NCBI RefSeq assembly: GCF_964355755.1
Contig: NC_092676.1
Coordinates: forward strand, 28,290,871 to 28,354,870
DNA length: 64,000 nt
Direction: 5' to 3'
DNA from: Antedon mediterranea
Lineage: Eukaryota; Animalia; Echinodermata
Shown piece by piece: positions 40,071-53,847 of this stretch (position 1 is the stretch's first letter; each line of letters begins with the position of its first letter). The position numbers were made by a program, and so were the translations under genes. A model generated the notes under the pieces. That model saw only the letters and a program-made list of their open reading frames with translations, did not search any database and was not told the DNA's origin.

Positions 40071-41280
40071 GGGATTTTTATTGATACATTTAGTGACTAA
40101 TATAGATATAATATCGAATTGATTTTTATTATATTCTGTATTTTAATTGTATTTTTTTACCGACATTTTATGAGTGCTATAAAATAATAAACACAGTTAT
40201 TGATGTTTTTAAAAATTTAGTAAAACAAACAAAAGACTCACCTCATCTGTGAAAATTGCATTTTCGTTTTAAAGAATTTAAGTACTTCAAACGTACTACT
40301 TTATAACCATTTATGCCATAATGTTATACCGACATGTTTATAAACTAATTACGATGCTAGAAGTACATACTATGATTATTGTATCGTATAGACCTAAAAT
40401 TTGAATTTTCGCTGAAAAGATAAAATAGTACTTCAAATTTATTTTTATATAACCAATTTCTGCAATTTATTTTGAATTAATTTTAATTTATTATACGATA
40501 GCAAAAGTGCATATTAATATAATTATTGTATTAAATATTGTTTATTTCAGAGCCCCAATTTGACATGCATTTAGGCCTACTTTTCCTGCAGACAGATATG
40601 CCTACTAACTCGAATGCTCGACCAAGTTATACACGCCAAAATAGACATAGGCCTAAGCTATTTCTTCACAAAATGGAATGTATTGTTAGTTTATTAGAAA
40701 GATCGTAAGTTTGGTATAATTTGAATAAAGGGATTTACTACTCAGTGATAATATTTATGTCAAACCTGTGGATACTGCGCTGAGATTATTAGGTAATGAT
40801 AATAAGGTGGTCGACCCAGAAATCTAAACGCATAGCTCATGTCTTTTCTATCGTGAAATTAGAATAACATGCGAATAACACGCAATATCTAACAATATAT
40901 GTTCTTTTATCATATAAAATAATTGATGATTTTTAGTTCGTAAATTTCATGCTGGTACTGTCCTCGTTGGAATTTAAAGTTCCATGCTTCATCTTGCCAA
41001 GTATGTTATTATATTTCCTATTATCAATTTGTTCTCATTCAAGGCAACAGGGAAATAAAAGAAACTTAGTGTCTCTGCACTCTGCAAAATCATGTTTGTA
41101 TTTTTATATACACCGACATTTTAGTTTTGTTATAAAATAATGAATGCAAGTTAGATATTCTTTTTTCGTTTTTAATTAAACAAACACACGAATACTTCAT
41201 TTAAAAAAAATGCCATTCAATGTATGATAATCCATGTGATCCATTTATTTTATTAGTTCGAATTAGAAATACATCATGTT

Positions 41281-41600
41281 TTATTTATTTTTTTTATATT
41301 TTTTTTTATTTTATTTTATGTCTTTAGGCAATGTGGCCAAGGATTACCAATAGTAAATTAATCACTGTCCTATCAGATATGTGGTAATCCCCCTGATACA
41401 GGGGCTATTGTGTGAACCAGTTCACCGGGGTAACCCCCTACTCTTTTTCGAATAATGAACTGGGTTATTTAAAGTACACACAGGTTATAACTGTGTACAC
41501 TGGACTTAGGGTTTATAGTCCTTATCCGAGAAGACTTGTTCCACCACCAGAACTGGGAGCGAGTCGGCCTCGAACCCTTGCCGATGTTGTTGTTGGCTCT
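41281..41600 (-). mobile_element. 5'-truncated Nin/Deu-domain SINE (duplicate)
   Basis: Same element at the same paralogous position as 344-663. Confidence 0.7.
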
Positions 41601-42008
41601 TTAATACGGTTCTATATAATCATGGAAGTTAAATTATTTCCCCATGGTATAATCTATTCTCTTATTTGTTGATCAGATATGCTCATACATTTTACTAGAT
41701 CAGAACTTATAATGATTTTATTTATAGGCACAGGCTCAGCCGTATTAATTTAACCAATGACAAGCGACGGTTGTTTTCGAGTCGTGAAAAGAATCAACAC
41801 GTAACACTAATACACGAGTCATCACTTGTCATTGGTCAAATTACTAAGTTCCGTAATATCTATACGGTTTGCTTATTGATCCTGTATAAGTATTCATTAT
41901 TATTCATACAACAAGTAAAATATGAATAGATATTCGTATTCACTTCAACTAACGAGAGCAAGCAATCGATAAAGCAAAAGCAATTAGTCTACCTGGCTAC
42001 ATCACAAA

Positions 42009-42083
42009 ATGGCACCTCATAATCCTGTTACTGCTACTTATTATATGTCTGGTGAGGAAAATTACAAGCTTACAACTTACAAT
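42009..42083 (+). pseudogene. EEP subtype A 5' fragment (25 codons)
   Basis: Same sequence and same breakpoint as 1077-1151. Confidence 0.8.
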
Positions 42084-43761
42084 AACAACAAACCACATAA
42101 ATCTATTGGTAATAACATTTTGATAATTTTTTAATATATAGCAATTAAACAGTTTATATACTACTTATTGGTTCCTAGAAATGCAAAATATGTTGACTAA
42201 ATTCAAAGTTATTAGCAAAAATGTTACCCCTTACCCCATAATTTTTAATAATTACAAATTATTATTACGGTCACAATTCCTAATATTATTACACAGGTTT
42301 ATTTGTTTTTAATCTTTAACTTCAATTTCTTGTCCATTGTCTTTATAGGTTTAAAAGAAAAGTTAGATTTGGTGTATTTTTGCGTTAAATATTGAAACTT
42401 TATTAATGTTACATTTGGACGAAATTGCATTTCTTTAAATGTTCAATGACCATTTGACCTACAATGATGTCAATATATGTTACGTTTTATTTTTTCACAA
42501 TGAATATAACAATTAGGCAACCTACGCAGTACATATTAATACCAAAAATATGCAAATGTGATCACTAAATCCAAAGTTATTAGGAAAAATGTAACCCCTT
42601 ACCCTATAATTGTTAATAATACATTACTATCAACAGACAGAATGTCCTCATAAATTCACAGAATATTTGTTTGTTAAATTCAATTTTCTTATTTATTGTG
42701 TCTATAGGTTTAAGAAAACATTAGTTTGCATAAGATATCTTGTATTTTTGTGTTTAAAATTGAAATGTATAAGCTAATTTAGAAGAAATTGCATTTTTTA
42801 TTAAAGGTCATTGACCTTTGACCTCTAAAAGACATCAATAGATGTTCGATTCATTTTTTAAAAGCATATTACAATAAAGAAATCCATACACTACATACTG
42901 ATAACAAGAAAATGTAAATCTGTTCACGAAATCTTAAAGTTATTTGCAAAAACGTTACCCCCTACCCCATTATTGTCAAAGATTACTAATGACGAAAAAA
43001 TGTCTTTACAATGCACAGCATATTCAATTTTGAAAAAATGTTAACTTCAATTTTCTTATTTATTGTGTCTATAGGTTTAAGAAAACATTAGTTTGCATAA
43101 GATATCTTGTATTTTTGTGTTTAAAATTGAAATTTATAAGCTAATTTAGAAGAAATTTTTTTATTAAAGGTCAGTGACCTTTTGACCTCTAAAGATGTCA
43201 ATAAATGCGGGATTCAATTTTAAAAAGTATATTACAATTAGGAAATCTATACACTACATACTGATAGCAAGAAAATGCAAATCTGTTAACTAAATTGTAA
43301 GTTATTCGCAAAAATGTTACCCCCTACCCCATAATTGTAACTGATTACAAATTACTAAAAACAACAAATTTCTTCATAATACACAGCATATTCATATTTT
43401 GTTAATCTTTAACTTCAATTTTCTTGTTTATTGGGTCTATATGTTCATGAAAACATCAGTTTGCATAACATCTATTGTATTTTTTTTGTTAAAAACTGAA
43501 AGTTATAAGTTAATATTAGACAAAAAATCATTTTTTACTAAAGTTCAATGACCTTCTGACCTCTAATGGCGTCAATAATTGTTGGATTTACTTAGAAAAA
43601 TATATTACACTTAAGCAGTCTATACACTACATATTGATACCAAGAAAATGCAAATCTGTTCATTAAATCCCGAGTTATTAGCAAAAGTGTTACCCCCTAC
43701 CCCAAAATTTTGTGATGCATATTTTCCGTAGGCGGTGTTATATAATCCTAAAAAATGACTA
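42084..43761. repeat. ~365-bp tandem-unit element, interrupted by Sola3 (resumes 50528-50657)
   Basis: Colinear with 1152-2872 and 20029-21728. Confidence 0.8.
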
Positions 43762-43765
43762 TTAA

Positions 43766-46700
43766 GAGTCATTGTCCATAAAAATCAAAGATTTGTTGGC
43801 AGATTGAAAAAAATGGATTTCTCTCAAATTTTCACCATTAATAGGCACTTCAATAAAAAGCATATCTATAACATTCATTTTAATTTTTAGCCTTCGTTGC
43901 CATGACAACAGCTCATTATCCAAATTTTGATGTTTTTGCCATTTTTCAAAGAATTCCTAAAGTGAAAAAGAACAAACTTCGATGACAAATTTGAAGCAAA
44001 CAAACATGCATTATACATTTTCTGTGTTTATTAGTGTAAACAACAAGGTATTTAGTTCCATTTAATACAGAAAAAAAAAAATTCAAATATGTAGTTTGGT
44101 TGATACCATTATTTGAAAAAGGGGTGTTTTTCACAAATATATATTTGTTAAAAGTATACCTCATAAACCTACCTATAACTTCCAAAGTGGTGCTTTTTTA
44201 TCAATGAGGTTTTGCATTTTTATAGTCAAGGGTCGTTGCAATAATAATCAAGAATAAAAAACTGGGGTAAATTTAAGACATGGGTTTTGTGTTGCCAGAA
44301 AAATACGAAAAATAAAAAAAAATACAATAAAAAAAAAACAAAAGCAACATTTAAACATGGCTAATCAAATATAAAAGTTATACATTTGGCATAATATAAT
44401 GCTTCTATAGTCACATGAATAGTTTGAAAAAAATTAAGAATGTGTTGCCAGGTTTATTTCAATTAATTGCCAGAAAAACAGTATTTATATCGAAATATTC
44501 TTGTTTTAAAACTATATACAACGCATAATTTAGAGTAATCAGTTAATTTCGAGGTAAAATGTGTTTCGTATCCGAATCTGATCATCATTTTCATTTACGT
44601 ACCCTGCGCAGTGCATGCGCAATATGTGCGCATCATAGGAATGTGCTCAAATAGTCTAAAATATTTAGATTTCGTCAGAAATTAATTTTATCCATTTTAA
44701 AAATTGTAAATCCGTTGAGTAGTTTTGACAAACACAGACAAATAAACCAAGTTGAATGCATAACGTCCTTGGCGAAAGTAATAAAGAAATGTGTACATTT
44801 AGGCTTATGAATAGGCAAGAAAAACGACTTCAAATAAAAAATATGCGTTGATTGTTAAATAAAAAATAAATTAAAGAAGGTTATGAGCCGATTCCATTAC
44901 GATAACTACATTTCAAACACTACTCTGACAATAGCAGTCCATGACAAATTCCTCTATTCTCTTAATAAAGGGTCTTTTTCGTCGACGATTTATGTCATCT
45001 GTGCTTATATCAAGAAACAAGCAAATCTCTTTCAGTTTAGATAAACTTAATTCAATCAGGTTGTGGGATTTTACCAAATGACACAGGTTAATTGTATCAT
45101 ATACAATTGGATGTTGAAGATTAACTTTTTCTTGAACAAGTCGGTGGAGGTTGTCTATTGTTGATTCTTCCTCTGCAGCTTGAAGACAATCTTCATCTGA
45201 TTCGTCACATGCTTCGGTTTGGTAGAATTTCTTCTTCCGTCTTGATGCTTCTCTAGAAAAGAAGCTTGAAATCTGTACCTCGGTCAAATACTCTGATGGT
45301 TTAAAAAGCTTTTCACCCTTATCATCCTTGGATCTTTTCATATCTTTTTGTACGTCGCCTGCTTCAATCTTTTGTCCGGAATCTTCACCTATTTTGAATT
45401 TCTTTTGAAGGTAAACTTTTTGTTTCTCTGTGAATCTTGTGTTTCTCTTTGTTTTTTTCAAAGCCCAACCCATTGAAAGATGCTTTGATTGTCCCACATT
45501 GGAAGGTATAACAAGCTGTGGAACTGTGCGAGTCTCAGTTGTAAGGTTTTTAGAATAGCCTAATTTTGCTTTGTCAAAAAGTGTTTGGTTCTCTGACCTG
45601 TATTCGTGCTTTCCTGTAACTATGTGTTTTTCTAGCCTACAGAGACTGGCGTAGGACTTAATGCACCCTTGTTCAGGGCAGAAAAACAAGTGATCATTCA
45701 GCAACTCATCATTTGTCTGTATTTGGTCTTGTGCACCAGGTTGAAGACTTTGCTGGATAGTTTCAGAGGATACGTTTGAAGTTGTCATTCTTTTGAAAAC
45801 TCCATCGCTTTTCGGAAGTTCTATACACTCTAACAGTGGGCATTCTTGTATTTTTGTAAAAGTTTCCCACTTTCTGAATTTACCATGTCCGATACCGTAT
45901 GCCCTCCAAACTTTAACTCCCTCACTTGAAAATTCAAAATTATTTAGTAAGCTTATGCCTTCCCACTTGCAAGGTTTCATATTAGTTGACACATTTGAGA
46001 GAGTAGTTACAACGTTCATGTTCTGTCCTTCAGACTCTAATGCATTCTTCATTTGAACACCATCTTCTATGTCATGACCTTCGTTTGAATAAATTCGCAT
46101 TTTGCCTTTAAGTGATGCTGCCTTTCTATCACATGCACCTTTTCCTCCTTGTGGGTCACAAAAGTCTACACCTTTCACAACTACTCCTGTACTTTTAAAA
46201 ATGTCATTTGTTGTAAGTAGAGTGGCCGCACAGTGGTAGCAGCCAGCATTATCTTGCCTAAAATATACAGATGCAAGCTGTGGATTCATGTGTTTTAGAC
46301 GTGAAACAACATCTTTCATTATTGCAGTTACTGCATTGCTGTCCTGAGCGTGTGTTTGGAACACATGAACAAACGTAATCGTTTCAAAATTATTTTGATA
46401 GCGTCGAATTGCAACAGAAATGTGCCAAGAAATTCCTCTTCTTCCGAACCAGTCTGCTTGTGATTCTCGGAATTTTCTCGGCAAAAACTTCATTGCCCAA
46501 TCCTGAATTATCAAAACGTTATTTTCGTCAATCAGTTGCAGGACGTGTTGTTGTCTTTCATCCTGATTGATACATCTCAACTGATGTGATTTCCACAACA
46601 AAACATCGTTGTATGCCTTGTCTATAATTAGTTTTGTTTCTTCAAATTCATCACCATTCATATCTTTGCACTCATGCAACTTGGACTTTAGTTCTTCTAC

Positions 46701-49700
46701 AACATCTTCTAGAATGTCGCAATTCTCACACCTGGCATCATGATTGTGATCACAAGGTTCCGTAAATGCTGTTTCACTTTCATCACTTAGCGCATACTGT
46801 CGACAGTGGTCAGGAACTGTTGACGATTTAGAAATGTGTACCTGGAATTAAATGTATGTATTCATTAATTATTTTCATTCTGAATAAAAAAAGAGAATAG
46901 AAAAGAATAGATATTAATTTTACCTTGTAATCTCCTTTCATGTATCGTTTTGATATTCTGAGAGCATCCTTTTGTTGCCGTGCCCATCTGTTGGACTGAT
47001 CATTTTCAACCAGTGTATTAACGATAGACTCTAGCTCCTCATAGGCTTTGGTACCTGGCAAAAAATATTATAGTATATGACATTTATTTCAGTTAATACA
47101 ATGAACTAAATTATCTTGAAAAAACCAATGTTTTCAAAACCTACCTGCAGCAGTGAAATTATCCAGTCCCTGGAGACTTTTTCGAACTGAAGCACTGCAA
47201 GTATCTAATATTCGGTACAATGTTCTTTCTGAAAGTGGACTAAAATCTAGTTGTTCGCAATATGTACGATATTGCATAATAATGCGCTGAGGAATCATAT
47301 TGCGAATAACATTTGGAACAGTTATACTTTCTCCTGTTGTAAGCTTCAGTTGCTTTTCTCCAAAAGGCATATCTTGAATCAGATGGGCACTTGTAATAAA
47401 AGAAAGAAAATGATCAACTTGTGATAAGTCAACTTCCATTCTACGATAGGTGACTTTTGGAACGACAGCCCCAATACCATGAAGCAGTTGATGGTGGCGC
47501 GCAATATTGTACCTGTATGAAGTAAGGTCAGGTATAAACTCTACAAGATCTTTATAAGAAACCTTGGCTGCCATGATTGAAAGAATTTGACGTCTTGTTG
47601 ACCAATGTGCACTGTTCAAGTAGCATTCAGTGAGTGCTTCCAACATCTCACTGTCACTGGTAGAAATATGCTCCATTGATTTCAAAGTAGTCTGGGCAAG
47701 AATTCCCCATAGTTTCTCAACTTCATGTGGGGCAATAACTTCAAGAATTGCAGAAATTGCAGACTTTGCCTGACGCAAGTGTTCGCGTTGTGTTCGTTCA
47801 GTGGATAATTCCCAGGATCTCTGCATTGTACTAACTTGTTCAGTATGACAGAAGCGAAGAAAGTTATTGAGAAGTTTCTGTGCTGATTTTCTGTTGATGT
47901 GCTGGTTTTCATCCTCTTCACTAACTGCACTAGTAAAATTAGAATTACTTGAACTATCCTCTAAGGAACAGGCACCATTTAGCTCTGATACATCGTCAAT
48001 CTGTATAGAATTTATAACAAATAGAACATTACAAAGGTATTGTAAGTAAAACCAATAATGCTTTTTGATCAGTTCTGTTATTACCCTACAGTACTTACCA
48101 GGGTCAAATCTTTAATACACACTGCCAAAGTGTCAAGTACATCTTCTTCTTTTTCCTCAACTATATCGTCAGATTGTCCATTTTCTTCCGTCTAAAAAAA
48201 TATTGTGTGGTATTTATTATTGCAAATATTACGCATACATTAATTTTATGTTTGTCTCGTAATAATTGTTAGGATGTTTTTTTGTATAGTATCGTTACTT
48301 ACCAGTACCATTGCACTAAAACTTTCAGTCAAGCTGTTGATAGTTGATATTTCTGTTTCTAATTGTTTTCGACAAGCTGTACAAATTCCTAGTAGTAGAA
48401 TAAAATAAACCTGTTGAAAATTAAGGATATGAATCATTCACATTCATCATTCAGACATTTTATAAGAATCTCAATTAAATGTATCTAAATTATTTACTAA
48501 CCTGACCCAACTTCCAGAAAAATGCTTTTGACATTCCATATATGCTGGGATATCTTCTTGTCTATTCCACGTTGTGCCCCTCTTTTTTTTTTATGAGCAG
48601 CCATAGATGCTGGAACAACACATTTAAGCGAATTTCTGCGCCAGCCTATTCCAAAACGATGACGATGAATAGGACAGATGGTCATGGAATTAATATCAGC
48701 ACGATTAGAAAGCTTAACACGTGACAGTATAAGATCGATTTCATCATGTACATCATAGATTTTTAAAAATAAACAATGTGAATGTATATCTTTGCAGCAT
48801 GAGTTTAAGTTGACAATCGTAGATCCTTCCTTAGATGTTGTTGGATTTGGGCCACAGGGAACATCAGAATATTCTTTAAAAGAGCATTCCATTTTATCAA
48901 TGTGACAGTTCTATTAACAAAAATCAAAAAAGTATTTAAATAAATAGATTAATGAGCTTGTCTATATTATTAGATTATACACTAATAATGTTATTGGATA
49001 AAACACTAGGCCTATCTGCTATTTCAAATGGGAATCAGTTTACACTTGTGTTCCTTGATAGCTGGCCATGGCGTAGAGTAGGCCTACTCCATAGTAGGGC
49101 CATCATACATTAGGTCTACTAGCGGATTGATCTAATTATGTGCCTCTGTTTTAGGCTAGGCCTGGAAAAACCCATGAATTCACATGAAGTAATACATTAG
49201 AAAACACCATACATGCATATTCTGACATTTCTTAAATTTGTCCTCAAAATACCTTAATGTAATTTTGGTAACAATGAAAAGACTGTGAACCTTACCTCAG
49301 TAATTATTGAACATCAAGGTATCAAGAAAACATGAGTAAAAATACAGCCTCCTACTTGGAATCAATGCGTCATACTCAAAACATTCATTCAGTTTTAGAA
49401 AAAATTAAGTTCATTTACTACTGTATATTCATTTATATCATCAGTTGAGATGTGTACCTCATCTTAGGTGGCTTTGTGTGTCTTTGACCACAATCTGACA
49501 AGGTCTTAACTTACTTAGGAAAGATGTCCTTCAAGGAAGGTCAAAAACCTCCATGATGACATTTAGTACATAAACAATGTGTGACCTTTCATGATTTGTG
49601 ATTTTTTTGGATGTTTTTTTGTGGTTTATTTTTGGGGGGGGGGAAGAGGGCGGGAGGTGAGGGGAAAGTGGGTGGAGATGGATAGGATCTGGCTAGAGAT

Positions 49701-50523
49701 GGACATATATGAAAGAGGGCTTCAAAATAGAAAAGAGAGATTACAATTTTAAATGCTTTCCAATCCAAATTCTAAAATATATAACATTGAAAATCATAAG
49801 ATAACTGGGAATTACAGAAACTAAAATTACCAATAATGTGTTTTTCTATCACAACGCAACCTAGTGTATATAAATATTAAGTATTGCCATAAGCAATGGG
49901 TTTATAATCAGGTCACCAAAGAAAATAATCATTTTTTCAATTATTACAATTTGTTTTTTTTTAAATAAAAATGCCTATTTTTCTGGCAATACTGCTTGTA
50001 GATATTAAAAATACCCCAGTATTTTATTTTATAAATCACTTATTTAACATTAGAACTACCTATTAGTACGAAATCAGCTTAAAAAAAACACCACTTTGGG
50101 TGTTATAGCATGGTAAAGTAAAGATGTTTTTGACAAATTAAGAAATTCAAAAAACACCCCTTTTTAAATAAATGGTATCTTCCAAAGTATGAAATAAAAA
50201 AAAATAAAAAAATGTGAAATAGACACACAATGCATTGTTATTATACATACATTAATTATTTTTTATAATTAAATGAAAGAAACAATACATATCGTTCATC
50301 AAAACACTACCAATACCCATTTTAAAAAACCTCAAAAAATGACAAAATTTGTCAAAAACACAAATTTGCCCGTTGCCATGGAAATATACGCATGAAATAA
50401 AAAATACTTCATATTTGATTTCTCTCAACACATATATAGCCATGTGCAAAATTTGAAAGAAATCCATTTTTTTGAGTCTGCCACTATTTTTGATATTTCT
50501 TTGATTCTTACAGACAATGGCTC
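43766..50523 (-). mobile_element. Sola3-type DNA transposon, apparently autonomous (6.76 kb)
   Basis: TTAA duplicated at 43762-43765 and 50524-50527 (empty sites near 2821 and 21595). Termini 5'-GAG...CTC-3'. Imperfect TIRs traceable for at least ~540 bp (e.g. GATACCATT..AAAAAGGGGTGTTTT, CCAAAGTGGTG, TTGCCAGAAAAATA and their reverse complements). GAG ends, TTAA target and long TIRs are the described Sola3 hallmarks. Confidence 0.85.
44913..48892 (-). CDS. Sola3 transposase, 6 exons, ~1161 aa
   Basis: Exons 48892-48502, 48388-48303, 48191-48099, 48000-47145, 47054-46924 and 46841-44913, all GT-AG and phase-compatible (3486 nt). Core motifs QDWAMKFLP, QDNAGCYH, GGKGACDR; C2H2-like CPEQGC...H...H; Cys-rich N-terminus. 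Confidence 0.85.
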
Positions 50524-50659
50524 TTAAGCTCCACAATTGGCATTGCTATCATGGATTTCTGAAAAGTATACATATTAAGCTTTCCAAAAATGTATTGTAG
50601 CATTTGCCACCAATTTGATACTGCTTTTGCAAAAAACTGGACCTGGCCCATGGACTATA

Positions 50660-51066
50660 TGTTGTATACATCACCTTTAACCGAGGCGATACCTGAGCTG
50701 ATTTTTCGAGACGGCAGCTATCGTATTTGGCCTGTAAAGCTTAATAATGAAATCATCATTATCTCATGGAATGGCGGATTAGATCAAGTAGGCTCACAAC
50801 CAGAAAATTTCAGATGTATCCAGACGTGTGCACTTAACCTTGCAAAGATATGTAATTTGCCAGTTATCATTGGTGGAGACTACAACTTAGAAGCAGACGA
50901 AGCCAGAATTAACATGTCGGATCCACCAGCAGGCTTTGATTGGTACATTCGAAGTCCAGTGAACATCTTTGGCCGTAGAGATAATCATGATTACTTTTAT
51001 TGTGTGGTCCCAGCGGCTGTGAGAATGGAATTCAAATGCGAAGGAGCAAGTGCACATCAGAAGTAG
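50660..51066 (+). pseudogene. EEP subtype C, 3' half only (duplicate)
   Basis: Near-identical to 21732-22139; the ORF-track start at 50590 lies within repeat sequence. Confidence 0.7.
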
Positions 51067-52448
51067 GAGCAGCACCGTAGAAATGAGACAGGTGAATCAG
51101 AGACACAACCAAAACACAACGATGAATAGAAGGACAATAAATTTTGATTAATTGTTAGTATTTTTAAAATTTCTTATATTTCAAATGTTGTACAACTTAA
51201 CATAAACATGATGAATTTGATTACCTTTTTACTATAACATGTTTTATTTGTTTTTCCATTGTTTTATATTTAATATTTTTAGATATTAGTACTACAGTCA
51301 ATGGACTATAAAGTCATAACTGTTGAATAAGTATTGAGTGTTTAGTATAGCTTCGTGCATAGCACCATGATTATAGCAAGCAATTTTTGTTTGCACTTTT
51401 AGTAAGCTTAGGTCAAATATTACCGTATTTGCGTAAAACAATTGATATTTCAATTGTTTTGTAGAAAATGTTCAATACTTGGCCACCTGTGGTTTACATG
51501 TTTTCATTTTCTCATACATGCTTTTTATCAGGCTATTATGTTATTGATGCATTGATGTATGAAATCCTAAAATGCAATAACTATCTATTATTATATAAGA
51601 AATACAATATTTTACGGGCTGTATAGAATATTTATCCCCGTGACAGATTGCACCCTATAATATAACAGTAATAACTATATCTATTATAAGGGATACAATC
51701 TTTTACGGGCAGTCTATAATATAGGTATCCCCGTCACAGATTGCACCCCCTATAATATAACAGTATATTTATTGAATATTATTCAAAATAACATGGAATG
51801 ATTTATGATGTCCATTCTAATTTATCTTGCATACTACAATACAAGTATAATGTTTTAAAAGTACAATAATAAATATAAGTAAAAATTACTAGAAATAAAG
51901 CAAGGAAATCTATTGTAGGCTACAGCTAAACAATTTTTTCTATATTTCTCGGCCAAAAACGCCCTCTATGAGACTGTCCCACAGTTTGCAGAGGTTCGTC
52001 TGCAATCATTCACTATCATCAAATCTACAAATAAACCGTAAGTCTTCATTACTCCTTGCATTCAACACAAAATGCTCCTGATTTTGAAGGTAAGGTAATC
52101 AACACAGACGGACATTTACACATGTACATGTTTTTTTTATCTTTTACACTTAAATTCTTAAGTCATCATGAGCAAGTACATTTTTTAACTGTTAAGCTAT
52201 AATGTATATTATTTCCAAGAAATTATGTTTAAAAACAATTTTATAAGAAAAACTCTTTACAATTGTATTGTATTACTGTATATATGCAGAACAGAATGTC
52301 TGACAGAGAGACTCGTACATTATTATAATGTAGCATCTTTGATCATTTTGTATAATAAAGTATGCGTACGATAAGGAAGATGAAATAGAATAAAATTAAG
52401 TTGATAATGTAATAGCAATTTCGTTGTATATTTCTGGTAACAGTATTA

Positions 52449-52660
52449 CTGAAGTAAACTTCCGGGGTCCGGCCCGTGGACCCCGACCGGTAGCTTTTGC
52501 GGACCACCTTCACCAACCAATCACCCTCACCCCCAACATTCGCAAAATATTCAATATTCGTTTTGAGTCCTCCCCCTCTTAAAGTATATTCATTTTTTTC
52601 AAATTCTTTCTGTGATTTCGCGCCGTTTTCAGCAAAAAAAATCACCCGGGATTTTTTAGA
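52449..52660 (-). mobile_element. Short Helitron-like insertion
   Basis: On the minus strand it starts TC, has a subterminal GGGGTCC...GGACCCC hairpin and ends TCAG. Flanks rejoin as tatta|tct, seen uninterrupted near 25171. The 3' end deviates from CTRR. Confidence 0.5.
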
Positions 52661-52995
52661 TCTACATAAAACAAATTGTATTATGACTCTAGCTCAATAT
52701 ATAGGCGTGACTATTACCCAATGGCAAGCGACGGATCATCTGAGTCGTGGAGAAACATCACCCTGGTTGTCGCTTGTGTCATCATCATTGGTCTGATTTT
52801 AATGATGCAATGCTACGTAGGCCTATACGGTTTTTTTTCTCTATCACTGTTTATTATTTTGTTTGGTATCTTTGAAATGTATAAATGATTTTAAAATATA
52901 CCATAATGCATTCAATCCTGACGATTGACGAAAACACGCCGTGAATATCAATAAGCAATTCTTGTGTAAACGTAACGAATAGTAAACACCACGCC

Positions 52996-53847
52996 ATGTC
53001 TCCCCCACACAATCCTGTTACTGTTACTTGCAAGGTGAACGGTAAACCATACAATCTTACAACTTACAATGCCGGTGTAAAGAACGACAATGAATCAGCT
53101 GAGTCTAGGTCATGGAAGATAGATGAATGTAAAAAATCAGATATTGTATTTTGTCAAGAATTTACTAAAGATCTGTTGGAAGCTTTTCATGGGTTCAACA
53201 AGTACTATGGCTATATTAATGGATACGTAGCAGTATTGGTAAAGCGTAATCGTCGTAAAAAAATACCAGAACAAGTACCGGCAAATTGGATGGATAAACA
53301 TCTAACAGATCACTTTGGTCGTCATTGTACAGTAAAACTGGATGATATCATTGCTATTTCATAGCACGGTAAACATAAAGTAAATGAACCAAATAGCCCG
53401 CCAGAAGATGTCAACGATTTAAGGATAACGTTTTTTAACAAACTTAGATCATACGCAATTTACTTGGCAAAGAAACACAATTTGCCAGTTATCGTTGGAG
53501 GAGATTTTAACTTCGAAGCAAATGAAGCAATACAACAGTTAAACCAAGATAATCAGGATACCTGTATTCAGTACATCAAGAAACCAAATCAGTTTAGTGG
53601 TCTACATAATTTTGATTATTTTCATGTTGTCGTTCCTACATTCGATGTTGATGGTGAAGCAAAAGAACAACTTATGCCAGAGGAGGAAGAGGAAGAGGAG
53701 GAGGAGGAAGAAAACAATGTACCAGGAATTTTGCCGCCACTGCTACAACAAGGACGTGGTGACGAAAATGACGAATTCAAACCGCCACCACCCGATTCTG
53801 ACAAAACCGAAATTCTAAGAGAACAATTCAAACAAATGAAACCTTAA
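52996..53847 (+). pseudogene. EEP subtype D, single in-frame TAG at the conserved Trp of ISWHG
   Basis: ORFs 52996-53364 and 53464-53847 are in the same frame. Read-through gives MSPPHNPVTVT...TTYN...DIVFCQE...IS*HG...PVIVGGDFN...FDYF, with a poly-E and Pro-rich tail. Confidence 0.8.

Noticed and set aside
43766-50523. piggyBac or Kolobok assignment from the TTAA target
   Set aside because: GAG termini, long TIRs and the DWAMK/DNAGCYH/GKGACD motifs fit Sola3 better.
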